Virus record (IMG/VR): IMGVR_UViG_3300032334_001259
Location: 274,436-338,435 of that record
Length of the DNA: 64,000 nucleotides
Reading direction: 5' to 3' (one strand)
The notes beneath the pieces were generated by a model, which saw nothing but the letters and a program-made list of their open reading frames with translations, ran no database searches and was not told the DNA's origin. A program made the translations under genes and the position numbers. Below are positions 9,216 through 18,527 of the stretch, one piece after another (positions within the stretch are counted from its first letter, which is position 1; each line of letters begins with the position of its first letter).

Positions 9216-9867
9216 ATAATTGTTTTATTGTAGTTATTTTACTATCTTGATTACATAAGTCAATATACTTTTGTGTATCACGACTCCATTCAGCACCTGT
9301 CCACCATTCAAAACCTGATAACTTTGCTTTGTAAATAGAACCTTTTTCATATCCACTACCTATATAGAGATAATTTAATCCTAATTGTGCTGCGCAGTTT
9401 ACTTCAAAGTTTAACATATCTAATCCAAACTTATTTTTTGGATGCGGTATGTAGGCATTAAATTGACTTTCTAATCCACCCGTATATTTTGCAAACTTTG
9501 TGAAACCAACTAATTCATCATTTACATAATACTCCATCCAACGATCACGTTCATTTGTTACAAATGGGTCATAGATTGGTGGATATTTTTTGCTTGTAAT
9601 ATAAGTTTGCCAGATTTGTTTGTATAATTCTATATTTGGATTATTTTCTATAAAAAATATACGGCAGTTTTGTTGTTGATAATTTAGTTTCCAATTCGCA
9701 ATACAAATACGTGTGCTACGTGACTGATACCATAGGTCATTATATAGCAACCAACCATTCGCTAATGCTTCACCTTCTTCATGTGGTTCACATTGCAGAT
9801 TTACATTATATAATTGTATACTGTTGTTTTCTTGTTGACCGTAATAGTGGTCATAAGTAATCTTCAT
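9196..9867 (-). CDS. aminoacyl-tRNA--protein transferase, ATE1/Bpt-like
   Basis: LANGW..WYQSRSTRI N-part; YLYIGSGY..GSIYKA..GFEWW C-part resembles ATE_C (YYYLGYYI..xMxYK). Confidence 0.65.
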   Translation of the reverse strand: MKITYDHYYGQQENNSIQLYNVNLQCEPHEEGEALANGWLLYNDLWYQSRSTRICIANWKLNYQQQNCRIFFIENNPNIELYKQIWQTYITSKKYPPIYDPFVTNERDRWMEYYVNDELVGFTKFAKYTGGLESQFNAYIPHPKNKFGLDMLNFEVNCAAQLGLNYLYIGSGYEKGSIYKAKLSGFEWWTGAEWSRDTQKYIDLCNQDSKITTIKQLCEITGQ

Positions 9868-9881
9868 ACAGGTAATTATAG

Positions 9882-10376
9882 ATGGTTGACATAGATATCG
9901 CAAAAAGTAAAATCAGCGATTGGATAATTAATTTTTTAGATGTTCCGCAAGAAACACTTAATAACATTGCTCCTTGTCCTTATGCTAAAAATGCATTATT
10001 GGGTAATAAAATAAAGTTTGTTGCTGGTGGTGAAAACATAATAGATGATATGTTATATTTTCATTATCGTTGGGATTTTAATTATGACGGTGTAGTTATA
10101 GTATATCCAAAAACAATTGATGCTGACCGTTTTGTAAACAGTGTGGCAGAAGTCAATACTGGGTATTATACTTTTAGTGGATTGCTTGCACTTGAAGATC
10201 ATCCACAAATAGATGAAACTATTGCTGGTGTTAATTTAAATAATGGCGATTATGCATTGGTCATTATTCAACCAGCAGTTAAGCTACAAAAAGCTATGAA
10301 AATTTTACAAACCAAAGGTTATTATAAAAACTGGACACAGCAAGATTTAGACAATGTTGTTAATTGGAGATGGTAA
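9882..10376 (+). CDS. hypothetical protein, DUF1415-like
   Basis: W..FL......LNNIAPCPYAK and EDHP motifs. Confidence 0.5.
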   Translation: MVDIDIAKSKISDWIINFLDVPQETLNNIAPCPYAKNALLGNKIKFVAGGENIIDDMLYFHYRWDFNYDGVVIVYPKTIDADRFVNSVAEVNTGYYTFSGLLALEDHPQIDETIAGVNLNNGDYALVIIQPAVKLQKAMKILQTKGYYKNWTQQDLDNVVNWRW

Positions 10377-11429
10377 TTGTATAGCGTTTACCAACATTGG
10401 GACAAACTTAAAACGTGTGTAGTTGGTCAAAGTTATCCACCAGAATTTTATAGTTATATTACTAATCCCCGTGTTCGCAACGTTATGGAACGTATTGCCA
10501 TTGAGACAGAAGAAGACTATCAAAAATTAATTACATTATTAAAAAGTTTTGATGTTAAAATATTACGTCCTGAATTGAAAGATTCAATTGAATTTTATAA
10601 AATTGAAAATAAAAAATACTCACCTCCACCAATGAATCCACGTGATGATTCTGGCATGTTTGGAAATACTTTTTACATCAACAACCATTTTGATTTTTAT
10701 ACTAACATTATTAAAGATATACAAAATACTAATACAGTAATACAAGGTAAAAATATTAACACAGCCTCAATAACAAGAATAGGCAAAGATTTGTATTTTG
10801 GAACACCATCTGAAAAAGATTTATACAAATTTATTGAACCTAAGTTTGCACATAAAGAAAAATTTTTAAAACAAAAAGAAAAAATTTTAAAACAACATAT
10901 GGTAAAACAAACAGAGAATTTTCCATCTTATAGATGTCATGTTGTTAAAAGTGAAGGACACATTGATGGATGTTTTTGTCCAGTTGTTCCAGGTCTTATT
11001 GTAAGTTTATATAATGTTCAAACTTACAGTAAATCATTTCCTAAATGGGAAGTTATATATTTGCCAAATCAAAGTTTTAATGTAATTGAGTCTTTTAGAA
11101 AACTAAAAAATAAAAATAATGGTAAATGGTGGATACCAGGTGAAGAATTAAATGATGATTTAACTGATTTTATTGAATCATGGTTAAATCATTGGGTAGG
11201 ATATGTTGAAGAAACAGTTTTTGATGTTAATATGTTGGTAATTGATAAAAAAAATGTAGTTTGTAACAACTACAACAAAACTGTGTTTGATGCTTTTGAT
11301 AGGCATGGTATAACACCTCATGTAATCAATTTTAGACATCGTTATTTTTGGGATGGTGGTCTACATTGTATTACAAGCGATTTAGACCGTGATGGTGTTA
11401 TGGAAGATTATTTTCCAGAAAGACTTTGA
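10377..11429 (+). CDS. amidinotransferase (glycine/inosamine-phosphate family)
   Basis: WDKLKTCVVG, PRD, GHIDGCF, DVNML, GGLHCIT catalytic Cys. Confidence 0.85.
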   Translation: MYSVYQHWDKLKTCVVGQSYPPEFYSYITNPRVRNVMERIAIETEEDYQKLITLLKSFDVKILRPELKDSIEFYKIENKKYSPPPMNPRDDSGMFGNTFYINNHFDFYTNIIKDIQNTNTVIQGKNINTASITRIGKDLYFGTPSEKDLYKFIEPKFAHKEKFLKQKEKILKQHMVKQTENFPSYRCHVVKSEGHIDGCFCPVVPGLIVSLYNVQTYSKSFPKWEVIYLPNQSFNVIESFRKLKNKNNGKWWIPGEELNDDLTDFIESWLNHWVGYVEETVFDVNMLVIDKKNVVCNNYNKTVFDAFDRHGITPHVINFRHRYFWDGGLHCITSDLDRDGVMEDYFPERL

Positions 11430-11887
11430 TATTCATTATATAAATCATAATAAGCATCGCTTACTTGTTGCGGTGTAATACCAGCATGACGAAATCCATT
11501 TAAGATAGACCTTACATAACTCATACTTGGTAAATCACCATCTAAACTTTCACGTGCTACAGGTGTCATATAATATACCCATGCTTCATAACGTTTTCCA
11601 CCACTTATAACTGGAACAGTTTTACGACCATAAAAACGTGGGTAACCTTCAACTGCATCTAACTCACGAATATAATCAGTTGGCAATTCCCAAAGAACAC
11701 CATCTACACTGCTACCACCACGTTCATAAACATTTGCAAATCTTGCAAATTCATAAGCATAATTTTGTAGCACTGCAGGTCCAATAAATTTAGCACCAGG
11801 CATCATTTGTGGATCAGTAAGCATACCATAAGCGAAGTAATAAATTGGTTCACCACCTGCTTCTGTAATAATATCTTTTACTTGCAT
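11408..11887 (-). CDS. gamma-glutamylcyclotransferase (GGCT/AIG2-like)
   Basis: YYFAYG, VDGVLW, LDAVEGYP, AWVYYM. Confidence 0.85.
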   Translation of the reverse strand: MQVKDIITEAGGEPIYYFAYGMLTDPQMMPGAKFIGPAVLQNYAYEFARFANVYERGGSSVDGVLWELPTDYIRELDAVEGYPRFYGRKTVPVISGGKRYEAWVYYMTPVARESLDGDLPSMSYVRSILNGFRHAGITPQQVSDAYYDLYNEYQSLSGK

Positions 11888-11890
11888 ATG

Positions 11891-12289
11891 TTATTTATTG
11901 CGGTCTTTCCAGACTTCATCATTGGCAATGGGTTGCAAAAAATGTATTAGTGCACCTTCCATTGCACTTAACTCAGTTTCTTTTTGCAGTGGAATATAAT
12001 ATGTTTTCCAAAATTCAGTAGGATAATTAGAATTTTCCAATAAAGTTTTCCAACCTTCTGGCATGTAGATATTTTTATTACCAATAGTTTTTTGATAGTG
12101 CATATCTTGACGGGTTCTAATATTACCTTTGCCTATATAGACAATATCAGTATTATTATGAACAATAATATAAACACCACGCATTTTTTGTCTTGGTATT
12201 TTACGCCAATCTAAAAAAGATATTTCTTTTATTTCACAATCAATATTAAAAAAATCAGAGCATTTTTTTACTGTATCTAATATTTTCAT
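11891..12289 (-). CDS. GIY-YIG domain protein
   Basis: GVYII...VYIGKG..R and E..LI..LQP..N. Confidence 0.7.
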   Translation of the reverse strand: MKILDTVKKCSDFFNIDCEIKEISFLDWRKIPRQKMRGVYIIVHNNTDIVYIGKGNIRTRQDMHYQKTIGNKNIYMPEGWKTLLENSNYPTEFWKTYYIPLQKETELSAMEGALIHFLQPIANDEVWKDRNK

Positions 12290-12303
12290 AAATCACCTGT
12301 TAA

Positions 12304-12380
12304 TGGCGATCTCACGTGGACTCGAACCACGACTCTGCCGCTTAGAAGGCGGCCGCTTTGTCCAGTTAAGCTATGAGACC
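12304..12380 (-). tRNA. tRNA-Arg(TCT)
   Basis: Cloverleaf GGTCTCA...GCCGC-CTTCTAA-GCGGC...GGTTCGAGTCC...TGAGATCGCCA. Confidence 0.93.
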
Positions 12381-12737
12381 ATCTAAATTAAATTCATCTT
12401 CCAAATATATTTTATCTACTTTTTGTATAAAGCTATTTGATAATCTTTTTGGTATAATTGTTTTACATATTCTTATACTAACATCATGTGTTATTTTGTC
12501 AACTGCATTATTATGTCTTTGATCAATTACTAAACATAAAGTTTTACTAGCCTTATATATTTTACTAAAAGTTGCCACACGGTTAGTAATGTATTCACTA
12601 TAACCTACTTGAATTACTCCACCTTTGTAGGGTGTGTCTTGTGATACTTCAAACTCATCAATAACTTTTAGATTTGTATCTTGACGAAGTAATTGTGAAA
12701 TTTTTTCTATATCTTCAACAAGAAATAAAATTTTCAT
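12366..12737 (-). CDS. hypothetical protein; stop codon inside tRNA-Arg
   Basis: Start overlaps mtnN stop; last codons GLIA* are the tRNA 5' end. Confidence 0.6.
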   Translation of the reverse strand: MKILFLVEDIEKISQLLRQDTNLKVIDEFEVSQDTPYKGGVIQVGYSEYITNRVATFSKIYKASKTLCLVIDQRHNNAVDKITHDVSIRICKTIIPKRLSNSFIQKVDKIYLEDEFNLDGLIA

Positions 12738-13267
12738 ACTAATATTTCTAAAAATTTTTCCGCACCCTTGTGCATATTTTCTTTCCAGTGTGCACTTGCA
12801 TCTTCATCTGCAAAATCAGTCATGTATTTGTAGCATTCAAATTGTTTATTAAATCTTTTACATACTTTTGCAATAGCATATGCTTCCATATCAACAGCGT
12901 CAGTTAATAATTCAGGTTTAGATTTTACAAAGTTATCACCAGTGCTCAATGTGAACACACTATCATTCAGAACAATAGGACCACCATCATCTTCAAATGG
13001 TGTATAACCTAACTGTGTAAGTGGTCTTGTATCCATATCACGTTGATAAACAGTTCCAATATTGATTAACCGTCCAATAATATCTTTATTAAGTGCACCC
13101 GCTGTTCCATAGTTTATAATTTTAGAACAATTAGGATCTAATGCACAAATCTTCGTTGCGGCAATAGTTGCATTTATTTTTCCAACACCAGTATAAACTA
13201 TGCTTATACCAAGTGAATCAAACTTAATTGGAAATTCTGGTTCAAGTGCAACTAATATGTAAATCAT
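12734..13267 (-). CDS. mtnN: MTA/SAH nucleosidase (PNP_UDP_1 family)
   Basis: GVGKINAT, GTAGAL, STGDNFV, VDMEAYAIA, TDFAD. Confidence 0.85.
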   Translation of the reverse strand: MIYILVALEPEFPIKFDSLGISIVYTGVGKINATIAATKICALDPNCSKIINYGTAGALNKDIIGRLINIGTVYQRDMDTRPLTQLGYTPFEDDGGPIVLNDSVFTLSTGDNFVKSKPELLTDAVDMEAYAIAKVCKRFNKQFECYKYMTDFADEDASAHWKENMHKGAEKFLEILV

Positions 13268-13281
13268 AATAAAAAAAATAA

Positions 13282-13367
13282 TGGCGGAGCGTATAGGAAT
13301 CGAACCTATTCAACCTTTCGGTTGTACACATTAGCAGTGTGCTGCATTACCGGCCTGCCCACGCTCC
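13282..13367 (-). tRNA. tRNA-Ser(GCT)
   Basis: GGAGCGT acceptor, CTGCTAA loop, long variable arm CAACCGAAAGGTTG, GGTTCGATTCC, GCCA end. Confidence 0.93.
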
Positions 13368-14062
13368 ATTATTTTACTTATATCATCCTTTTTCCATACT
13401 GTCAACTTATTTTTAAACTGTTGCCATTTACAACGGTCTAAATCTGTTTCATAACCCTTAACTTCTAAATACCCACCCAATTCTTCAACATAAAAGTCTG
13501 GAGTATAGTGACTTATTTTACCAGATAAATTTACATAAGCAAATCTTTCAGTGTTTCTTTTCCAATTCCAATTTTGGGAATCCATATATTGTGCAGCTTT
13601 AAGTTCCCAAGTTCCATCTAACAAAACTTCACCAGCAATAGGACTAATGTATTTTATTTTTTTGCATCTACCCGCTTTTGGCATCCATCCAGTTTCATAT
13701 CTTGATAAAATAATTTCTCTATGCCTGTCTCTAAATTTTTGTTTTTTTTCTTCGCTAAAAGTATGCCAATTTGTTTTTCCTAAATTTGCATTACGTAATT
13801 TTTCTTTTTGAATTATAGCACCTTGCGGTCCAAATATTTCATCGTATGTTTTTCCTTTAAGACTTGTTCCATTCGATGAACCTTTAGGATGTCCATTTTT
13901 CCAATAATTATTGCCTAAATCTTTTCTTAAATTTTTTATTTTTGAACGATTTATTTCTTTCATTCCATTACAGGAACTTGTAGATTTACAACAACAATTT
14001 TTTCCATTTTTTAATTTGTATTTTGCTTCTGTTCCGCAACCATAATCACATAAATCTGTCAT
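13331..14062 (-). CDS. putative homing endonuclease, PD-(D/E)XK with basic DNA-binding N-terminus
   Basis: CDYGCG N-terminus, KGKTYDEIFG, GTWELK, YTPDFYV..YLEVKGY. Confidence 0.75.
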   Translation of the reverse strand: MTDLCDYGCGTEAKYKLKNGKNCCCKSTSSCNGMKEINRSKIKNLRKDLGNNYWKNGHPKGSSNGTSLKGKTYDEIFGPQGAIIQKEKLRNANLGKTNWHTFSEEKKQKFRDRHREIILSRYETGWMPKAGRCKKIKYISPIAGEVLLDGTWELKAAQYMDSQNWNWKRNTERFAYVNLSGKISHYTPDFYVEELGGYLEVKGYETDLDRCKWQQFKNKLTVWKKDDISKIMERGQAGNAAHC

Positions 14063-14110
14063 ATAATTATTTATACAAAATAATTAAAAAGGTGCTTTTA
14101 ACCTCTAAAT

Positions 14111-14184
14111 TGGTAGGCGATGACAGAATCGAACTGCCGTAGCCGCCGTGTAAAAGCGGAGTTTTACCATTAAACTAATCGCCC
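14111..14184 (-). tRNA. tRNA-Val(TAC)
   Basis: CCGCT-TTTACAC-GGCGG anticodon arm, AGTTCGATTCT T-arm, ACCA end. Confidence 0.9.
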
Positions 14185-14205
14185 CAATAGTTTATATATA
14201 TCATA

Positions 14206-14793
14206 TTATCCAATTTTGTCAACTATTATTTTAAATAATTTTTCTGCCATTATTTCATGTGCAATTTCATCAGGATGACCATCAGGCAGTTTATGTGGAT
14301 ATGTTATGCTACACATGTTTTCACTATTAAACCAAATATAATTGTTGTCAATATTTTGACAGTAATGGTTAATAGGCATTACATCAAAGAATACATAAGG
14401 AACTTTATTGTGATTAAGATATGCAGAAAAAAGTTTTACTTGATTTATGAACTTTTCATAATAATATAATTCATCATAATAATCATGCCAGAATATATTT
14501 TCAAACTCTGTTAAACCACGGCGATTTGGAATGGTTGTAAATTTTTTACCAGTTTTATTATCTTTAAATTCTACACGACTTGGCTGTGTAAATCCGCAGA
14601 CAACAAAGCTATTATGTAAATCTTTTTCAATTATACTTTGTATAATATGTTCATTACCCATGCCCTCTCGTGCAAGATTAATGACACTTAAGTTTAATTT
14701 TTCAGCCAGCAAATACGGCCAAGAATTAATTGCGTTCTTTAATCCATATCCACTGGTAAAACTACAACCACTACATATTAATTTTGAAAACAT
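14206..14793 (-). CDS. SGNH/GDSL-like protein
   Basis: GCSFTSG, NLAREGMGN, DGHPDEIAH. Confidence 0.7.
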   Translation of the reverse strand: MFSKLICSGCSFTSGYGLKNAINSWPYLLAEKLNLSVINLAREGMGNEHIIQSIIEKDLHNSFVVCGFTQPSRVEFKDNKTGKKFTTIPNRRGLTEFENIFWHDYYDELYYYEKFINQVKLFSAYLNHNKVPYVFFDVMPINHYCQNIDNNYIWFNSENMCSITYPHKLPDGHPDEIAHEIMAEKLFKIIVDKIG

Positions 14794-15587
14794 TCAACAA
14801 TCTTTGGTAATATAAGTTGTAACCAATCAATATGTGCATTGTGACCAGGATGATTACCACATTTTGGATAATCTTTTGCCCATTCGTTAAATGCTGCATC
14901 ACGATACCAATGAGTCCAGTCTAGATCATATAATCCACTATTGATAATATCATTTGGCTGTGGTTTAAAAAGTTCGTCACTAGCACTGCAAAAGAAATAC
15001 GGTATGTTTCTTTGTTTACAAAACATTTCTAGAAACATCATTTCTTTTAATGAATTATAATTATGATAGCTGTAATCACCAGTTACTTTATAAAAACTGT
15101 CACTTGCATGTACAATTCCAATTTCATTTAATTTATTATGTTGTTCAAGAAAAAATTTTCTTTGTTTTTCATCTAATCCGTTTGGGAAAAATTCCATCTT
15201 TTCATCAAAAGATAAACCATGCCATGCGTTAAAATTTATCCAATAATCGTCAATATCAAAACGTGCTGCAACAATTGGATTTTTAACTATAGTATTGTAT
15301 GGGTGCATGTTGCGAATTCGTATTTCACTGCGATGAGTGTATGTCCACATAACCGCAACACATAATTCTTTATCTTTATTATCATTAATTGCTTTTATAA
15401 TACGGCGGCTAATAGTATTATTTGCACCACCTGGTTTAGCAACACAAATATATTCCATATTATACTGCCTTGCTAAAAGAGCACTCCAAGTTTGTTGACT
15501 TGGAGTGTGTTCTGTGCTACTAAATTTATCATCACCTAGTTCACTTCCCCAAGTGAAACTATCACCGCCTGCAATAAGGGTTGGCAT
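14778..15587 (-). CDS. SGNH/GDSL-like protein
   Basis: GDSFTWG, AKPGGAN, NHPGHNAH. Confidence 0.7.
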   Translation of the reverse strand: MPTLIAGGDSFTWGSELGDDKFSSTEHTPSQQTWSALLARQYNMEYICVAKPGGANNTISRRIIKAINDNKDKELCVAVMWTYTHRSEIRIRNMHPYNTIVKNPIVAARFDIDDYWINFNAWHGLSFDEKMEFFPNGLDEKQRKFFLEQHNKLNEIGIVHASDSFYKVTGDYSYHNYNSLKEMMFLEMFCKQRNIPYFFCSASDELFKPQPNDIINSGLYDLDWTHWYRDAAFNEWAKDYPKCGNHPGHNAHIDWLQLILPKIVECFQN

Positions 15588-16201
15588 TAGTCACCTAATA
15601 CTGAACGTGCTTTTTCCCAAAGATGTGTACGTTCTTCAAGACCAATGGTTCCACCATTAATAATCTTTGTGCACTTTACAATGTCACCAGTATCAGCTAC
15701 TTCATTGCAACCATTTTGTTGAAAGAACCAACCAGCACTACGTGCTGCACCTTCTGGTGTAGCAAGATAATCACTGTTTTCTACAAGGTCCATGCCTAAT
15801 GCTTCACCACATGCAGTGTAGTTATTCTTACCAGTTAACTGAATTAAACCACGACCACGAAAACGGAAACCATCGCCGCTGTGTTCATCACCATTACCCA
15901 TACGTGAAGCATAAACACGATTAGCAATCTTTTCTGGTTGCTTTGCAAAATCATTTGGATCTACATCACGGAAATATTTTGGAAATATCTTTGTAAGTGT
16001 TTCTGCTTTGTAGTTTAAATTTTCACTTACAGCACTGAACATACCACTTTCATGTGCACACTGTGCAAGAAACATAGCACAACGAGCGGGTGTATTAATT
16101 TCAAATTCATGCATTGCTTCATTAAGTGCATCACAATATTTCTCTAAATTCTCACCTTTTGCTTGTGGAAAAATTTCTTGTAGTTGTTCAAAAGTTGCCA
16201 T
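15587..16201 (-). CDS. GH19 chitinase-like endolysin
   Basis: FLAQCAHESG, FRGRGLIQLTGKNNY, TKIINGG..GLEER. Confidence 0.92.
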   Translation of the reverse strand: MATFEQLQEIFPQAKGENLEKYCDALNEAMHEFEINTPARCAMFLAQCAHESGMFSAVSENLNYKAETLTKIFPKYFRDVDPNDFAKQPEKIANRVYASRMGNGDEHSGDGFRFRGRGLIQLTGKNNYTACGEALGMDLVENSDYLATPEGAARSAGWFFQQNGCNEVADTGDIVKCTKIINGGTIGLEERTHLWEKARSVLGD

Positions 16202-16254
16202 TTTATATTTCCTTTTTGATTGTTATCAGTATTTACCATTCACCAACCTTCATA

Positions 16255-16260
16255 TAAATA
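16255..16260 (+). promoter_or_regulatory. T4-late-like promoter box (TA)TAAATA, 5 nt before ATG
   Basis: TATAAATA-TCATT-ATG; same spacing at 22622, 23540, 31681(-), 14068(-). Confidence 0.65.
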
Positions 16261-16265
16261 TCATT

Positions 16266-17147
16266 ATGTGTGTTATAGTTGCAAAATATTTTGATAATGT
16301 AGGTTGGGTTGGTGTAAAAAATCGTGATCGCAACTATGTTCCTGATTTAAGTTTTCGTAAAAAGAAAAATAAAAATACAGAAGTATTATATTTTTGGGAT
16401 GATATTACACAATACTGTGAAGGCATGAATGACAGCGGAGTTTGTGTGTTATCTGCAAGCCTTATGGTGCTAGATGATGAAAAAGAAATCACTGTTCGCA
16501 CCAAGACACCAAGCAAAGATGGCGTAAAGATTCAAAAGGCATTGCGACTAACTGATATTAAAGCAGTAGCAATGAGTTTAATTAAACAAAAGCTACCAGG
16601 ATGCACAATTATATTTGATCGTGAAACTTGTTATCTACTTGAAGGTGCATGGGCACCTGGTGGATATGAAGATAAAGATTACAAATATAAGATAGAAGAA
16701 ATACCACATGACGAAACTGTTGCAAGAACTAATCACGGCGTATGGTTAAAGTGGGCAGGATATCAATATAGCAGTGATGACAGTGAAACTGCCAGTGCTA
16801 TAAGCAGTCGCAGTCGTTTAATCATTGCAGAACATATTGCAAAAAATGCTGAAACACCTGCACAACTTATTGATTGGTTAACTAAAAAATATGTTGATAA
16901 CTGGCAATTAAATGCACTACGTCTTACAGATGAAAAGAAAATGATGCGAACAACAGCACAACTTATGTTAGTTCCAAAAGAAAATACAATGTTTGTTCGT
17001 CCAATTCAAAGTAATATTACTTTTAATTTTTGGAAACTTAATGGTAGTGATAGTAAACTTTGGGTAGAATTATTAAGTAATCGTGTGCTACGCAGTGGTG
17101 AAGATGATCCAAGTATTCCTACTAATTTAGGTCATATCACAGACTAA
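16266..17147 (+). CDS. Ntn-hydrolase-like protein (N-terminal Cys)
   Basis: MCVIV...KNRDRNY, EGMNDSG, RTNHG, SRSR. Confidence 0.65.
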   Translation: MCVIVAKYFDNVGWVGVKNRDRNYVPDLSFRKKKNKNTEVLYFWDDITQYCEGMNDSGVCVLSASLMVLDDEKEITVRTKTPSKDGVKIQKALRLTDIKAVAMSLIKQKLPGCTIIFDRETCYLLEGAWAPGGYEDKDYKYKIEEIPHDETVARTNHGVWLKWAGYQYSSDDSETASAISSRSRLIIAEHIAKNAETPAQLIDWLTKKYVDNWQLNALRLTDEKKMMRTTAQLMLVPKENTMFVRPIQSNITFNFWKLNGSDSKLWVELLSNRVLRSGEDDPSIPTNLGHITD

Positions 17148-17392
17148 ACTGGATGCCACATCATACCCCAATCACTATCTACCCAACGTAGGGTAAAGTG
17201 AGTTGCATCTTCTGCTTTATCAAATTCAAAAACGACTTGAAATTTTCCTACAAGCGTTCCATCTTCAAAATATGAAAGTTCTGGATACTTAAAAACATAA
17301 TTATTTTCAAGACAAAATCGTATCATTTCATCAATCCAATAATCTTTAGCTAAAACATGTTGATGTGGAATGTGAACTTTTACTTCTGTCAT
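17144..17392 (-). CDS. small protein, C-terminal 'F..RW' family
   Basis: FEFDKAEDATHFTLRW. Confidence 0.6.
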   Translation of the reverse strand: MTEVKVHIPHQHVLAKDYWIDEMIRFCLENNYVFKYPELSYFEDGTLVGKFQVVFEFDKAEDATHFTLRWVDSDWGMMWHPV

Positions 17393-17408
17393 TTTAAAAC
17401 TTTTTAAT

Positions 17409-17485
17409 TGGTGCCCACGGTCGGATTTGAACCGACACTGTGGCGATTTTAAGTCGCCTTTCTCTACCTGTTGGAATACGTGGGC
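17409..17485 (-). tRNA. tRNA-Leu(TAA) with short variable loop
   Basis: GCCCACG acceptor, GGCGA-CTTAAAA-TCGCC, 5-nt variable region ACAGT, GGTTCAAATCC, ACCA. Confidence 0.88.
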
Positions 17486-17491
17486 ATTAAC

Positions 17492-17908
17492 TTAATCTAC
17501 CACATCCATAGTGGCTTTACCTAATTCTTTATAACCTTTTGCAGTAGGATGGATTTTATCTTTACTCAACCAATCTTTATGTAGTTTAATTGTGCCATCA
17601 TTAAAATCTCTGGCAAGTGCTTCAATATATTCTATGGTTTCAGCACGAGTATCATTAGGTAGTATCCAAATAACATATTGTGCGTCGATACGTTGACGGA
17701 TCAACCAAAGATTTTCATGTGTGTGCATATCTTTAGAATCATTGGTGCTTAAACTTATAATAACAATATTACTTGTCGGAAGTTTTGTGCTGTATGTCCC
17801 AAGAAAATCTTGTGAATTGATACCAACTTTAGCAATAGTCATGCAGTCACGACGAACATCACCAAGACCCTTTGCAATACTGTCACCTATAATCAAACAA
17901 TCTATCAT
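17492..17908 (-). CDS. SGNH/GDSL hydrolase
   Basis: IGDSIA, SLSTND, DKIHPTAKGY. Confidence 0.8.
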   Translation of the reverse strand: MIDCLIIGDSIAKGLGDVRRDCMTIAKVGINSQDFLGTYSTKLPTSNIVIISLSTNDSKDMHTHENLWLIRQRIDAQYVIWILPNDTRAETIEYIEALARDFNDGTIKLHKDWLSKDKIHPTAKGYKELGKATMDVVD

Positions 17909-17925
17909 AATACTTCCTTAATTTA

Positions 17926-18001
17926 TGGTAGGCGTGGCCCGACTCGAACGGACACTAGTGCTCTTATGAGGAGCAGGTACTAACCATTATACGACACGCC
18001 C
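17926..18001 (-). tRNA. tRNA with CAT anticodon (elongator Met or Ile2)
   Basis: TGCTC-CTCATAA-GAGCA; G1-U72; no initiator GGG/CCC stem. Confidence 0.88.
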
Positions 18002-18469
18002 ATGTTTTTTTAACCAAGATTCCCTTAATGCCTTTTTATGTTCTTCACTTTTTGGTTTACCCTTCAATGCAATTCCACCTTTACGACCATTTTCCTTAAG
18101 TTGTTCTGTTGTGAATTTTTTGACATTTTGCCTTCCATTTTCTGCCAATAATTCTTTAGACCAATTTGCTGCATCGTAACCTTTTTTTGCATTTTCTTTT
18201 GTAAAACCACCAACACCACCAAGTTTCATATTATAGTTGTTTCTATTATAAAAGTCAAGTGTTAATTCTTTTTCTTTATTGAACGCTTCATTTTTATTTT
18301 CAGTAGTGAAAAGAATTTCTTTTTTAAAATTTTCCTTACCATAATTTTTAATTGCATTTTTAATAGCAATGCCACTTCCCATATATGAATCATTTACATT
18401 TTCAGTTTTATGAACCCCAATATAATATTTTTCATTAATAGTATTAGTTATTTTATATACAATATACAT
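17987..18469 (-). CDS. Seg-like GIY-YIG homing endonuclease with NUMOD3-like tail
   Basis: YIVYKITN..KYYIGVH..YMGSG..YGKENFKKEIL..YNMKLGG; KPKSEEHKKAL. Confidence 0.85.
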   Translation of the reverse strand: MYIVYKITNTINEKYYIGVHKTENVNDSYMGSGIAIKNAIKNYGKENFKKEILFTTENKNEAFNKEKELTLDFYNRNNYNMKLGGVGGFTKENAKKGYDAANWSKELLAENGRQNVKKFTTEQLKENGRKGGIALKGKPKSEEHKKALRESWLKKHGRVV

Positions 18470-18527
18470 ATGAAACTCTCCATATGTATTTATATAGCGG
18501 CTGGCTTTACTGTCCATTAACTATATA

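Noticed and set aside
17926-18001. Initiator tRNA-fMet
   Set aside because: Lacks the C1-A72 mismatch and the three G-C anticodon-stem pairs; Met versus Ile2 left open
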